NCBI GenBank assembly: GCA_016184145.1
Contig: JACPDF010000023.1
Location: forward strand, 1,229-65,228
Direction: 5' to 3'
Origin: Candidatus Woesearchaeota archaeon
GTDB lineage: Archaea > Nanobdellota > Nanobdellia > Woesearchaeales > GW2011-AR4
Length of the DNA stretch: 64,000 nt
Made by a program: the position numbers and the translations under genes. Numbering within the stretch: the first letter of the stretch is position 1; each line of letters begins with the position of its first letter. A model generated the notes under the pieces. That model did not search any database, was not told the origin of the DNA, and saw only the letters and a program-made list of their open reading frames with translations. Of this stretch, positions 18,310 through 28,244 are shown piece after piece.

Positions 18310-19533
18310 TTAGGAACTTAACAATTCTCCAAGAAATATATTATGCTTTGTTCTCCTAATCTTCAGCTTAACAGAGCCTTCTTTTTTATCACAATTAGGC
18401 ACGGAAATAAGCCTGTCACGGGCTACAGCCAGCATTTCTCCCGGCAACCTTCCAGGCAGGACTATCTTAGCCTCTATAACCTCGCCTTTTTTGAAGGGCT
18501 TGGGGTATTCCCTGCAATCCTTAATCTTGAAGTCTTTAGCTTCAAAAAGCAGCTTTAAGCCGTGTTTTTTCTCCAAATCCTTCATCTTCTCAAAGAAAAC
18601 GTCTAAATCCATTGGTTTCATGGGATTTCGGCCGAATTTGTAAGGCAGGAAGTTCTGGATTCCTATAGCAGGCCCTGTCTTGCCAGCGCCTATGTCGCGA
18701 GCAAATTTAGCCAATTTGACAATCTCATCATCATTATAGCCTGGCAGCCATACAGGAGTCAAAATGAGGTCCATCCTCGTTGGAATATATTTAGCGATGT
18801 CCAAAACATGTTTTAAGGGGTACGGGCTTCCGTATAAGGTATTTGCAAGCTTCTGGTCAAGCGCATGCAGCGAAAGATTGACTCTAGTCAATCCAGCATC
18901 TGCAAGCTGATCAACCAGCTTTTTGCTCAAAAAAACGCCGTTTGTGTCTATAGAAATCATATTGACAGCTTTTATTTTCGCTATATCCCTTACCAGGGGA
19001 ACAATATCCGCATATAAAAGAGGCTCTCCCTGCGAGTTGATATGTGCATCTATTCCATCAATATTCTTGAATTCAATCAATTTCTTCAATTCCTGCATAA
19101 TATAGTCCTTCTCGACAACGAAATCAACTTTCCTTCTTGATTTTGGGCCTTCATCCACAGAGCAGAAAATACAGCCAAGGTTGCAGCTTGTTATGGGCTT
19201 GATCTCTATCAAATTTGTCCCTCTGTCAATAATGCCAAAATAATTGGTTCCAATTAGGGGTATTCCCGAATATTTATGGATATAATACGAACCCTTATTG
19301 GCTATTTTGTTTTTCAGCGATTTAAATGAGCTGGAAAGAAGCAGGGTAAATTTTCTTCTTGCCTTGCCCTCGTTAGCCTTGGAGAATATGATTTTTTTCC
19401 GTTCTATCCTGTATGGGCTTATTTTTTCAATCATTCCCTTGTCTACGTCTGTATAAAACAGGTTCATAAAGTATATCCTGACCTTTCCATCCCTTTCCTC
19501 AAATACCAAGTCCTCAAATTCAAGTTCTGCCAT
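18310..19533 (-). CDS. Radical SAM protein with a C-terminal TRAM-like domain
   Basis: CNLGCIFC (CX3CX2C), FGIIDRGTNLIEIKP, GEPLLY, C-terminal RTKHNIFLG. Confidence 0.88.
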   Translation of the reverse strand: MAELEFEDLVFEERDGKVRIYFMNLFYTDVDKGMIEKISPYRIERKKIIFSKANEGKARRKFTLLLSSSFKSLKNKIANKGSYYIHKYSGIPLIGTNYFGIIDRGTNLIEIKPITSCNLGCIFCSVDEGPKSRRKVDFVVEKDYIMQELKKLIEFKNIDGIDAHINSQGEPLLYADIVPLVRDIAKIKAVNMISIDTNGVFLSKKLVDQLADAGLTRVNLSLHALDQKLANTLYGSPYPLKHVLDIAKYIPTRMDLILTPVWLPGYNDDEIVKLAKFARDIGAGKTGPAIGIQNFLPYKFGRNPMKPMDLDVFFEKMKDLEKKHGLKLLFEAKDFKIKDCREYPKPFKKGEVIEAKIVLPGRLPGEMLAVARDRLISVPNCDKKEGSVKLKIRRTKHNIFLGELLSS

Positions 19534-19594
19534 AGGTCCAGCAAAAAAAGGAAATTATATAAATATATCCCAATTTTGACAGCTTGGGTGTGGT

Positions 19595-20233
19595 ATGGAA
19601 GCCAAAGAAATAAACATTACTTATGAAACCCTTTTTGAGATACTGAAGAGAGAGAGGGATACCGCTGACCTGCAGAAGCTTGACATTAACTTCTTTGACG
19701 ATTTTGTGGACTATCTTAATGAAAAAAAGAAGCTGCTGGAGAAAGAAGACTCTTTGTTTTCATATGACGAGAAAAAAAAAGTAGAGAAGCAGATTGACAA
19801 CGCAAGAAGAATAATCAAGGACATATACGAAAGAAGGGAAAAGAAGATAATGGGCATAGCGCTCATAAAAAGCAGGACCAAATCAGATGTTATGGACAAG
19901 TCCGCTTTTCTGGAGCATGAAAAAAAGCTTTTCAATGAGATTGTAAGGACTATGGACAGCTTCAGGAAGAGCATTATCCACAATGTAACCCTGGGAAAAA
20001 AGCCTTCAGAGACAAAAATTGAAAATAAAGAAATGGGAAGGGATGAAAGCGCTGGGAAAGATGCCAAGCAGGACAGCAGCACTGCAAAACTTGTAAGGTT
20101 TTTGCATTCCGTGCCTAAATTTGTCGGCAAGGAATTGGAAGAATACGGCCCTTTTGAAGAAGAGGACATTGCAAATCTGCCGTCGGAAATTGCAGATCTT
20201 CTCATAGGCAAAGGGAGAGTAAGGGAGAGTTGA
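19595..20233 (+). CDS. GINS-family replication protein (Gins51/Gins15-like)
   Basis: Helical A-domain (LQKL..F...RREKKI), C-terminal B-domain PKFVG....YGPFEEEDIANLP; conserved position before L44e. Confidence 0.8.
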   Translation: MEAKEINITYETLFEILKRERDTADLQKLDINFFDDFVDYLNEKKKLLEKEDSLFSYDEKKKVEKQIDNARRIIKDIYERREKKIMGIALIKSRTKSDVMDKSAFLEHEKKLFNEIVRTMDSFRKSIIHNVTLGKKPSETKIENKEMGRDESAGKDAKQDSSTAKLVRFLHSVPKFVGKELEEYGPFEEEDIANLPSEIADLLIGKGRVRES

Positions 20234-20355
20234 AGAGATTAAAAGCCAATAGGCAGTCAGAAGTTAAAGGCGAATTGAAAAATTATAAAATACATCCAAC
20301 ATTAATTTAGTGCCGATAGAAACCTTTTTAAATTAACTTTAGATACCGTTTTCTC

Positions 20356-20664
20356 ATGAAACTTCCCAAAACTGCGAATAGGTACTGCCCTTATTGCAAA
20401 ATTCATACGCCGCACAGGATAGCTTTAAACAAAAAGAAGGGCGCAAGGACCATGACTTATGGCAGCAAGATAAGGGCAAGACGAAGAGGCTCTGCGAGAG
20501 GCCTGGGCAACATGGGAAGGTACAGCAAGCCAGCTATTACCAAGTTCAAGATGACCGGCAAGAAAATGAGCAAGAAGACTGATTTAAGGTATGAGTGCAC
20601 CAAATGCAAGAAGCAGCACATGAAAAACAAAGGCTTCCGCGCAAAAAAGATAGAGTTCAAATAA
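20356..20664 (+). CDS. rpl44e: 50S ribosomal protein L44e (eL42)
   Basis: MKLPK...YCPYCKIHTPH...KKTDLRYECTKCKKQH. Confidence 0.95.
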   Translation: MKLPKTANRYCPYCKIHTPHRIALNKKKGARTMTYGSKIRARRRGSARGLGNMGRYSKPAITKFKMTGKKMSKKTDLRYECTKCKKQHMKNKGFRAKKIEFK

Positions 20665-20689
20665 AGTTTCATATTCCAATAATAAATAA

Positions 20690-20749
20690 GCGAAGCCGAG
20701 CGATATGCATGAAAGCGAGGCTTCGCAGTATATGTTGTTGCGAAGCAAC
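20690..20749. repeat. REP-like hairpins
   Basis: GCGAAGCC...GGCTTCGC stem and GTTGC-GAA-GCAAC hairpin in the L44e-S27e spacer. Confidence 0.6.
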
Positions 20750-20860
20750 CGAATGAAAAATAAAATAAACATAATTTAATCAAGAACTATAGTTGCGGAG
20801 CATAATAAATAATATTAAAAAATATTAAGTTTGATTTAAAAACAACAATTGGTGATGTTA

Positions 20861-21046
20861 ATGAGGCAAATCAGGGAATCAACAAGCAAATTTGTAAAGA
20901 TACGCTGCCCAAAGTGCAAGAATGAGCAGATAATGTTTGGCAAGGCATCCTCAAAAGTCTTGTGCCTAGTATGCGGCAAGACGCTGGCCGAGCCTGGCGG
21001 AGGAAAAAGCAGGGTAAAAGCAAGAATTTTGGAGGTTCTTGCGTAA
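20861..21046 (+). CDS. rps27e: 30S ribosomal protein S27e
   Basis: SKFVKIRCPKCKNEQIMF...CLVCGKTLAEPGGGK; SD GGTGA upstream. Confidence 0.95.
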   Translation: MRQIRESTSKFVKIRCPKCKNEQIMFGKASSKVLCLVCGKTLAEPGGGKSRVKARILEVLA

Positions 21047-21060
21047 GGTTTATTCTGAAA

Positions 21061-21843
21061 ATGCTCTTAAAAAAGGAAGGGTTTCCGGAAGAAGATGAGT
21101 TAGTAATGTGCACTATAACAAAAGTGCAGTTTCATTCTGTTTTTGCGCAGCTTGATGAATATGATAAGAGCGGCATGATACATATTTCCGAGATAAGCCC
21201 GGGAAGAATAAGGAACATAAGGGATTTTGTTAAAGAGGGAAAAAAAGTTGTATGCAAGGTCCTGCGCGTAAATAAGGAAAAAGGCCATATAGATCTTTCT
21301 TTGAGAAGGGTGGCAGAAACTCAGAGAAGGAATAAGGTAGATGAATTAAAGCAGGAGCAGAAAGCGGAAAAAATAGTTGAATTTGCCGCAAAGGACATTA
21401 ATGTTCCGCTAAAAAATCTGTTTGAGGACATAACAAGCAATATATCAAAAAAATACTCGTCCTTGAATGAGTTCTTCCAGGCGGTTGTTGCAGACAACAA
21501 TGCCGTTAAGGATGCTGGCCTGGATGCAAAGGCTGCAAAAAAGCTTGAGGAAGCAATTAAGGCAAGAATAAAGGAGACAACAGTCAAAATTGAAGGGAAG
21601 CTAAAGCTGACAAGCTTTGCTCCCGATGGGGTGGATGTAATCAGGGAGGCATTGAAAAAAGCGGAAGAAGCGGCAAAAGGCAATATAACAATAAAATACC
21701 TGGGTGGAGGTTCCTATAATGTTGCCATTAATGCGAAAGACTATAAGGAAGCTGAGAAATTGCTTAAGGAAGCGACAGAGAAGGCAGTGGAGCACTTAAG
21801 GAAGAATGAAGGAAAAGGGGAATTTGTAAGGCTTGAGGCCTAA
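21061..21843 (+). CDS. eif2a: Translation initiation factor aIF2 alpha subunit
   Basis: S1 domain FPEEDELVMCT...LDEY...HISEI...GHIDLSLRRV; gene context. Confidence 0.93.
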   Translation: MLLKKEGFPEEDELVMCTITKVQFHSVFAQLDEYDKSGMIHISEISPGRIRNIRDFVKEGKKVVCKVLRVNKEKGHIDLSLRRVAETQRRNKVDELKQEQKAEKIVEFAAKDINVPLKNLFEDITSNISKKYSSLNEFFQAVVADNNAVKDAGLDAKAAKKLEEAIKARIKETTVKIEGKLKLTSFAPDGVDVIREALKKAEEAAKGNITIKYLGGGSYNVAINAKDYKEAEKLLKEATEKAVEHLRKNEGKGEFVRLEA

Positions 21844-21844
21844 G

Positions 21845-22018
21845 ATGAAAGGCATATTAAAATGCAGCAATTGCGGAAAATACACTATGAAGGAAACATG
21901 CAGCTGCGGCTCTAAAGCAATAACGCCTAAGCCAGGCAAATTCAGCCCGCAGGACAAATATGCCGAGTACAGGAGAAAAGCCAAGATTGATGATTTTAAA
22001 AAAAGGGAGTTAATATGA
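21845..22018 (+). CDS. nop10: H/ACA RNP protein Nop10
   Basis: KCSNCGKYTMKETCSCG...PGKFSPQDKYAEYRR. Confidence 0.92.
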   Translation: MKGILKCSNCGKYTMKETCSCGSKAITPKPGKFSPQDKYAEYRRKAKIDDFKKRELI

Positions 22019-22812
22019 GCACATGGAAAATCGACCAGATAGGAAAAAAGCCAATCCTCAATAACCTTATATTTATAGAAGGGCTTCCCGGCATTGGAAA
22101 TGTTGGAAAGGTAGCAGTTGATTTTCTTATCGACGAATTAGATGCAAAAAAGCTCTATGAAATAACATCCTACTCGTTTCCCCATTCTGTTTTTGTGAAT
22201 GAGGACAATCTTGTGGAGCTGCCCATGATTGAGATTTTTTACAAAAAATTCAACGGCAAAAGGCCTGATTTGCTGTTAATGGGAGGTGATGTGCAGCCTA
22301 CTGACGAAGTAAGCAGCTATGAGTTCTCGGATAAGGTCCTTGACATGATAGAGCAGTTCAAAGGCAAAGAAATCATTACTTTAGGAGGCATAGGGCTTGC
22401 AGAAGTCCCAAAAAAGCCGAAAGTATACTGCACGGGAAATTCAAAAAAGATAATAGACAAATACAAAATGGACATGGTTGACAGCAAGCTTTACGGCGTT
22501 GTAGGGCCCATTGTAGGCGTTTCAGGATTATTGATGGGCCTGGCAAAAAGAAGGAAGATAGATGCCATCTCGTTCCTTGCAGAGACCTATGGTCATCCAA
22601 TGTACCTTGGCATCAAGGGCTCAAGGGAGATCCTCAAGGTCCTTGACAAAAAGCTGAACCTTAAAATAGACATGAACAGGCTTGACAAGGAAATAAAGGA
22701 AATAGAAGGGGACATAATCAAGAGGACTGAGCAGTTAAGCGAGGTTTCAAAGCAGGCTGCAATTAAAAAGCTTAGGAGCAAGTTCGGTGGGGAAGTTGAT
22801 TATATAGGTTAA
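22015..22812 (+). CDS. PAC2-family proteasome assembly chaperone
   Basis: IEGLPGIGNVGKVAVDFL, ITLGG, GPIVGVSGLL; follows nop10. Confidence 0.9.
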   Translation: MSTWKIDQIGKKPILNNLIFIEGLPGIGNVGKVAVDFLIDELDAKKLYEITSYSFPHSVFVNEDNLVELPMIEIFYKKFNGKRPDLLLMGGDVQPTDEVSSYEFSDKVLDMIEQFKGKEIITLGGIGLAEVPKKPKVYCTGNSKKIIDKYKMDMVDSKLYGVVGPIVGVSGLLMGLAKRRKIDAISFLAETYGHPMYLGIKGSREILKVLDKKLNLKIDMNRLDKEIKEIEGDIIKRTEQLSEVSKQAAIKKLRSKFGGEVDYIG

Positions 22813-22869
22813 GCTCGCATTCCAAAATATTTATAAACGCATTCCAGACTTTTAACAAGGGGTGGTATT

Positions 22870-24186
22870 TTGCCTAAGATAAAAAAGATAACAGCAAGGG
22901 AAGTTCTTGATTCCAGGGGAAATCCTACTGTAGAGGCAGATGTTCTAACGGAAAAGTTTGTTGCAAGCTCTATTGTTCCTTCCGGCGCATCAACGGGAAA
23001 GCATGAGGCATTAGAGCTTAGGGATAACGATAAAAAAAGGTATGATAGAAAGGGCGTCTTGAAAGCTGTGGACAATATCAACAAAATTATTTCTAAAAAA
23101 CTGGTTGGCTTGGATTGCAGAAATCAAAAGCAGATTGACGAATTGATGATAAGCTTGGATGGAACAGAAAACAAATCAAAATTAGGCGCAAATGCCATGC
23201 TTGCTGTTTCCATGGCTGTGTGCAAGGCAGGAGCATTGCATAATAATGCGGATTTATTTGAATATATCAGAAGAATTTCAGGCTCAAAAGAGATTTCTTT
23301 GCCAATACCGCAGCTGAACATCATTAATGGCGGAAAGCATGCCGGAATGGAAAATGACATCCAGGAGCATATGATAATGCCATTTAATTTCAAAAATTTT
23401 AAGGATGCTTTAAGGGCAGGTGTCGAGGTTTATCACGAGCTAAAAAGCCTTTTGAAGCAAAGATACGGCGCCCAAGGCACCTTGCTTGCCGATGAGGGCG
23501 GATTTGCTCCAAAGGCAAATAACATTCATGACAGGCTGGATTTGATAAGCAACGCAATAAGAAACGCCGGCTATGAAAAGAAAATCAAGCTGGCCCTGGA
23601 CTGTGCTGCTTCTGAATTTTACTATGATGGCTATTATAAAGTTGGCAATGAAAAATATAATTTCCGGCAATTAATTGATTTCTATAGAAAGCTCGTCGAG
23701 AAATATGAAATAATATCGATTGAAGACGGCATGGCGGAAGATGACTGGCAGGGATGGCAGCAATTAACTAAAGAGTTAGGAAGCAGAATACAATTGGTCG
23801 GAGATGATTTATTAGTCACAAATACAGATAGGATTAAAAAAGCAATAAAAGAAAGCTCCTGCAATTCATTATTGCTGAAAGTCAACCAGATAGGCACTGT
23901 AACAGAAGCGATTGAAGCCGCAAACTTGGCTTTTAAAAACCGCTGGAAAGTAGTTGTAAGCCATAGGAGCGGTGAAACAGAAGATTCCTTTATTGCAGAC
24001 CTTGTTGTCGGCTTAAATGCTGGCCAAAGCAAGTTTGGAGCTCCAGCAAGATCAGAAAGAACTGCAAAATACAACAGGCTTTTAAGGATAGAGGAGATAC
24101 TCGAAAATCAAAGATTTTCGGTACCCCGAAAATCCAAGGGGTTTTCTAGGGTTTTGGGAAAGAAAGCAAAGCTTGCGAAATTCTAA
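22870..24186 (+). CDS. eno: Enolase with an 18-aa repeat-derived C-terminal insertion
   Basis: [56 protein letters not shown]. Confidence 0.97.
   Translation: MPKIKKITAREVLDSRGNPTVEADVLTEKFVASSIVPSGASTGKHEALELRDNDKKRYDRKGVLKAVDNINKIISKKLVGLDCRNQKQIDELMISLDGTENKSKLGANAMLAVSMAVCKAGALHNNADLFEYIRRISGSKEISLPIPQLNIINGGKHAGMENDIQEHMIMPFNFKNFKDALRAGVEVYHELKSLLKQRYGAQGTLLADEGGFAPKANNIHDRLDLISNAIRNAGYEKKIKLALDCAASEFYYDGYYKVGNEKYNFRQLIDFYRKLVEKYEIISIEDGMAEDDWQGWQQLTKELGSRIQLVGDDLLVTNTDRIKKAIKESSCNSLLLKVNQIGTVTEAIEAANLAFKNRWKVVVSHRSGETEDSFIADLVVGLNAGQSKFGAPARSERTAKYNRLLRIEEILENQRFSVPRKSKGFSRVLGKKAKLAKF
24098..24153 (+). repeat. Family-B twin hairpin in frame inside eno
   Basis: CGAAAATC-AAA-GATTTTCG then CCCCGAAAATCC-AAG-GGGTTTTCTAGGG. 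Confidence 0.75.
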
Positions 24187-24187
24187 G

Positions 24188-24934
24188 ATGATGAAGCTAG
24201 TACTTTTAAGGCATGGAGAAAGCGTCTGGAACAAGGAAAATAGGTTTACAGGCTGGACTGATGTTGGTCTTACGGAAAAAGGAGTGGAAGAAGCAAAGGA
24301 AGCAGCCAAGGTATTGAAAAAAGAAGGCTATGATTTTGATGTTGTTTTTACCAACGTATTAAAAAGGGCAACCAAGACAACAGAGATAGTTCTTAAGGAA
24401 ATGGGGCTTAAAATTCCCGTCCATAAAGCCTGGCAATTAAATGAGAGGCATTACGGGGCCTTGCAGGGCCTTAACAAGTCTGAAATGGCAGCTAAGTATG
24501 GTGAGGAGCAGGTGCTTAAATGGAGAAGAAACTATGACATAAGGCCGCCGGCATTGGCAAAGGACGATAAAAGATACCCCGGCAAGGACCCGATGTATGA
24601 AGGTTTAGATAAAAAAGATATCCCTTTGACAGAGAGCCTTAAGGATTGCGTTGCCAGAGTTAAGCCGTATTGGGAGAATTCTATCATACCCAAACTTAAA
24701 GCAGAAAAAAAGGTTTTGGTTTCTGCATCTGGAAACAGCTTAAGGGCTTTGGTAAAAATAATTGATAATATTTCCGACGAGGAAATCGTGCATTTTAACA
24801 TTCCAACCGGAATCCCATTAGTTTACGAACTTGACAAAAATTTCAGAGCTATAAAGCATTACTTCTTAGGCAATCCCGAAGAGATAAAAAGGAGAATGGA
24901 AGCTGTAGCTGCACAGGGCAGGGCAAAAAAATAG
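24188..24934 (+). CDS. gpmA: 2,3-BPG-dependent phosphoglycerate mutase
   Basis: [46 protein letters not shown]; the AHGNS motif reads ASGNS. Confidence 0.93.
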   Translation: MMKLVLLRHGESVWNKENRFTGWTDVGLTEKGVEEAKEAAKVLKKEGYDFDVVFTNVLKRATKTTEIVLKEMGLKIPVHKAWQLNERHYGALQGLNKSEMAAKYGEEQVLKWRRNYDIRPPALAKDDKRYPGKDPMYEGLDKKDIPLTESLKDCVARVKPYWENSIIPKLKAEKKVLVSASGNSLRALVKIIDNISDEEIVHFNIPTGIPLVYELDKNFRAIKHYFLGNPEEIKRRMEAVAAQGRAKK

Positions 24935-24947
24935 CAGCTTTTTGTAT

Positions 24948-25415
24948 CTATTTTGCTTTCTTTAAATTATCTCTATAAAAACCAATTTCTTCTTCATTTA
25001 GGTTTGAAATAAAATTATCAAACTCAGAAATAAACGTTTTTGCTTCTTGAAGCATCCTTTCTACCTCCTCTTCCTTGCCTACTTTCATGTAATATTGCGC
25101 ATCAATTCTTTTGTTTTTATGCTCATTTATTATTTTTGTTTTTTCTTCTCCAAGGAGATGTGTTGCTGCTAAGATGGAACAAAAATGATTTTCACATTTT
25201 ATGCCTATCCTCTGAAGGAAAGAGTACAATGCATAATATTCCGCGTAATAAATTACAACTGTAGCCCAAAGCAGGTCACCATCTTTAAAATTCTTTTCAG
25301 CTCTTTTTAATGAAGACTTGCTTTCTTTAAGATAAGATTTTGCCAGTCTTTCATTAGATTCAAATATCCTTAGGCCATCTTTTAACTTAAAGCACCATCT
25401 TATTTTATTTTGCAT
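24948..25415 (-). CDS. HEPN-domain protein
   Basis: YYAEYY...GIKCENH...KRIDAQY; overlaps the upstream MNT gene. Confidence 0.8.
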   Translation of the reverse strand: MQNKIRWCFKLKDGLRIFESNERLAKSYLKESKSSLKRAEKNFKDGDLLWATVVIYYAEYYALYSFLQRIGIKCENHFCSILAATHLLGEEKTKIINEHKNKRIDAQYYMKVGKEEEVERMLQEAKTFISEFDNFISNLNEEEIGFYRDNLKKAK

Positions 25416-25983
25416 TTTTCCTCCACATAGCATTAACATAAAAGGAATGGTTATTCAGGACTATATGATTTTCCGCAACCTCCTTAAGCAAGGTGTTATC
25501 GTCTTCGGATAAAAATTGGTCGTATGTCAAATCTATTTTATGTATCTTATAGGGGAGCAAATGAGACGGAATATCAAAGTTTCCATCAAGTTTTGATATG
25601 GCTAGAATATCTAAGTCTGAACCTGCTTTTGCAGCAAATTTGGCAAAACTGCCAAACACTATTAAAGGCATATTTGACTCCAATCCCTTAATAAATGTCT
25701 TGGATAGAGGATACTTACCCAAAAATAACAGGGTTTTATAAATCTCGGATTGCAGCAAATAAAATTTTGTTTCTATATTGTCTAGGTTTAGCCCAAAGTA
25801 TTTGTTCTTCCCCCTTATAGTACCCCTTAATATCTTGCTTTTTTCAAGTTCTGATAACAAATTTTGTGTTGTTTTTAGAGGTATTTTAGTTAATTCGCTT
25901 ATTTCCCTAAGATAAAACTGATTAGTATAACTCCCAAGATAAAGCGTCAAAAGTGCCAGTCTTTTGTTCCTTTTTTGATACAT
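25405..25983 (-). CDS. wHTH + minimal nucleotidyltransferase (MNT)
   Basis: N-terminal HTH (YLREISELTKIP), FGSFAK...SDLDIL (GSX10DXD). Confidence 0.88.
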   Translation of the reverse strand: MYQKRNKRLALLTLYLGSYTNQFYLREISELTKIPLKTTQNLLSELEKSKILRGTIRGKNKYFGLNLDNIETKFYLLQSEIYKTLLFLGKYPLSKTFIKGLESNMPLIVFGSFAKFAAKAGSDLDILAISKLDGNFDIPSHLLPYKIHKIDLTYDQFLSEDDNTLLKEVAENHIVLNNHSFYVNAMWRKNAK

Positions 25984-26012
25984 ATGTATATATTTTGATA
26001 CAATTGTATATA
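25973..26012. promoter_or_regulatory. Tandem 20-bp operator-like repeats over the MNT start codon and TATA box
   Basis: TTTTGATACATATGTATATA / TTTTGATACAATTGTATATA, each with an internal palindrome ATACA(TA/AT)TGTAT. Confidence 0.6.
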
Positions 26013-26033
26013 AACTTTTCGGTTTTTAGCAAG

Positions 26034-26897
26034 TTATTTCTCCAAAGCCAAAGCAGCCGCTCCCAAAATGCCTGCATCTTTTAAATTTGATTTTGCAATG
26101 GGGCATGGCTTTGCGAAATATCTTTTTCTTATTGTCTCATCCATGCTTTTTGAGAAAAATTTCCATGAGTTAGATATTTTGCCCCCAACAACAATAATGT
26201 CAGGGTCAAAAGCGTATAATAAATTTGCCAGTTCTGCACCCAGATAATTTCCCATTTTTTCAAAAGCCTTTTTCGCTTTTTTATCCCCTTTCATGGCAAG
26301 CTGATATATAGAATAAGGATTATTTTTACCGTCATAAAGCCTTGTTATGCCTCTTGCTGCGGCATATTCCTCTATGTCCCCGTCATTGCCGCTTCTTGCT
26401 TTAATCCCGTCAAACTTTATCGTCATATGGCCTAATTCAGCAGCATTGCTCCTTCCGTGGAATATTCTTTTGTTGGTTACAAAACCTCCCCCAAGCCCTG
26501 TTCCGAGCGTAATGCCAATGATATTTTCATATTTTTTTCCAGAACCAAAAACTGCCTCTCCCAAGGCAAAGCAATTAGCATCATTATCCAAATAGGTTTT
26601 TATCTTAAATTTATTTTGAATAATGTTTTTTAATGATATATTTCGAAATGGCAAATTTACCGGATTGATTATTATGCCTTTCTTATAATCCATAGGCCCG
26701 GGGCTTCCGATGCCTATTCCAGCAATTTTGCCTGATTTTACTTCATTTACTGCTGATATTATGTTCTTTATTACCCTTTTTGCGCCTTTTTTTGCTTCCG
26801 TCGGCATTTCATATTTTTTTATTATTTTTCCTGTTGATGAGACTAATCCCGTTTTTATGCTTGTGCCGCCCAAATCAATTCCTATTATGTTTGCCAT
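26034..26897 (-). CDS. ROK-family sugar kinase (glucokinase-like)
   Basis: GIDLGGT, NDANCFALGE, GTGLGGG, AELGH, AGILGAA. Confidence 0.92.
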   Translation of the reverse strand: MANIIGIDLGGTSIKTGLVSSTGKIIKKYEMPTEAKKGAKRVIKNIISAVNEVKSGKIAGIGIGSPGPMDYKKGIIINPVNLPFRNISLKNIIQNKFKIKTYLDNDANCFALGEAVFGSGKKYENIIGITLGTGLGGGFVTNKRIFHGRSNAAELGHMTIKFDGIKARSGNDGDIEEYAAARGITRLYDGKNNPYSIYQLAMKGDKKAKKAFEKMGNYLGAELANLLYAFDPDIIVVGGKISNSWKFFSKSMDETIRKRYFAKPCPIAKSNLKDAGILGAAALALEK

Positions 26898-27008
26898 TTT
26901 TGCAATGCCTTGTATAATATATTCTTTTAATTCATTTATAAGCTAATTGGTTTTTATAGCTTTTTGTTTTTCACAATCTTTAAAAATCAGCAGAAATTAT
27001 TTCAGGTT

Positions 27009-27671
27009 ATGGACTTAAAAACGATAAAAAATAAGATACCAAAAGAGCTGTATAATATCCTTGAAAAAGAAATCAAGGCATTAAGGCCTGCCCAGACAAA
27101 AGCCGTGGAAAAAGGCCTTCTGGAAGGAAAAAATCTCCTTGTATGCACTCCTACAGCATCGGGAAAGACCTTGATAGCGGAATTAGCAGCATTAAAGTCC
27201 ATTTTGGAAGGCAGTGGAAAAGCCATATATATAGTCCCGTTAAAGGCGCTTGCATCCGAAAAATTCAGGGATTTTAAGCAAAGATACGGCCATTTGATTA
27301 AAGTTGCTTTGTCAATTGGGGATATAGATTCTGCAGATTCCTATCTGGTTGATTACGACCTTATCATTACAACATCAGAGAAATTAGATAGTTTAATAAG
27401 GCATCATGCTCCATGGCTAAGCCTGATATCAACAATAATTATAGACGAGATTCATTTATTAAATGACCCGGGAAGGGGCCCTACATTGGAAATATTAATC
27501 ACAATATTAAGGCAATTACTGAAAAAATCCCAAATCATAGGATTGTCAGCCACAATTGGGAATCCTGAAGAATTGGCAGAATGGCTAAAAGCAGAGCTGG
27601 TAATTGATGATTGGAGACCGGTAAAGCTGCAAAAAGGGATTTATTTGAATGGGGAGATTGAGTTTGAATAA
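27009..27671 (+). CDS. Ski2/Hel308-like helicase, N-terminal DExH domain only
   Basis: LRPAQ, PTASGKT, PLKALA, DEIH, SAT, WRPV; stops before RecA domain 2. Confidence 0.8.
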   Translation: MDLKTIKNKIPKELYNILEKEIKALRPAQTKAVEKGLLEGKNLLVCTPTASGKTLIAELAALKSILEGSGKAIYIVPLKALASEKFRDFKQRYGHLIKVALSIGDIDSADSYLVDYDLIITTSEKLDSLIRHHAPWLSLISTIIIDEIHLLNDPGRGPTLEILITILRQLLKKSQIIGLSATIGNPEELAEWLKAELVIDDWRPVKLQKGIYLNGEIEFE

Positions 27672-27719
27672 TTAAAGCCCCAGCCCCTCAACAACAAGCC
27701 TAGGCTCAAATTCCTTTAA
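27672..27719 (-). repeat. Displaced, diverged copy of the ftsY 3' end
   Basis: Encodes LKEFEPRLVVEGLGL* versus LKEFEPRIIVESLGL* at 28245-28292; 41/48 nt identical. Confidence 0.9.
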
Positions 27720-27781
27720 GTACGAATGCTTTTGCCATTAAATACAAAAGTTTTAAAAACACCTTAATAATAGTATAGACT

Positions 27782-28045
27782 ATGGAAAAGAAATACTTTA
27801 TGGATATTGTGATTAATAAGGAAAAATTAAGCGATGGAAGTTCTGTTTTTGTAGCTCATTGCCTTACTTTGGGCATTGCCAGCCAAGGCAATGATATGGA
27901 CGAGGCTATGAAAAATATTAAAGAGGCCATTGAATTATACCTAGAAGAGCAACCAGAAAAATATGATATATTAAGCAACGAGCCCCCTTTATTTTCTGTT
28001 GTTGAGGTGACTAAGGGTGCCAAAGCTGCCAGTGTTATCAGGTAA
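27782..28045 (+). CDS. hicB: HicB-family antitoxin
   Basis: FVAHCLTLGIASQGNDMDEAMKNIKEAIELYLE. Confidence 0.88.
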   Translation: MEKKYFMDIVINKEKLSDGSSVFVAHCLTLGIASQGNDMDEAMKNIKEAIELYLEEQPEKYDILSNEPPLFSVVEVTKGAKAASVIR

Positions 28046-28244
28046 AGACATTATCAAAGTTCTTTCTAAAATAGGCTTTGAGCATGTGAGAACAAAAGGA
28101 AGCCATGCAATTTTAAATAAGCAAACAGAAAAAGGCAAGGTAACTGTGCCAGTTCCGTTGCATAAAGAGCTTGCAAAAGGGACATTAAAAAGTATAATGA
28201 AGCAAGCAGGATTAAGTTTAGAGGATCTTCTTAAATTATTATAA
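28017..28244 (+). CDS. hicA: HicA-family toxin (mRNA interferase)
   Basis: LSGKDIIKVL..GF...RTKGSH...VPVPLHKELAKGTLKSIMKQAG. Confidence 0.92.
   Translation: MPKLPVLSGKDIIKVLSKIGFEHVRTKGSHAILNKQTEKGKVTVPVPLHKELAKGTLKSIMKQAGLSLEDLLKLL

Noticed and set aside
24935-26033. Flanking repeats around the MNT-HEPN modules like those around HicBA
   Set aside because: I looked for duplicated gene tails, TIRs or TSDs at both modules and found none.
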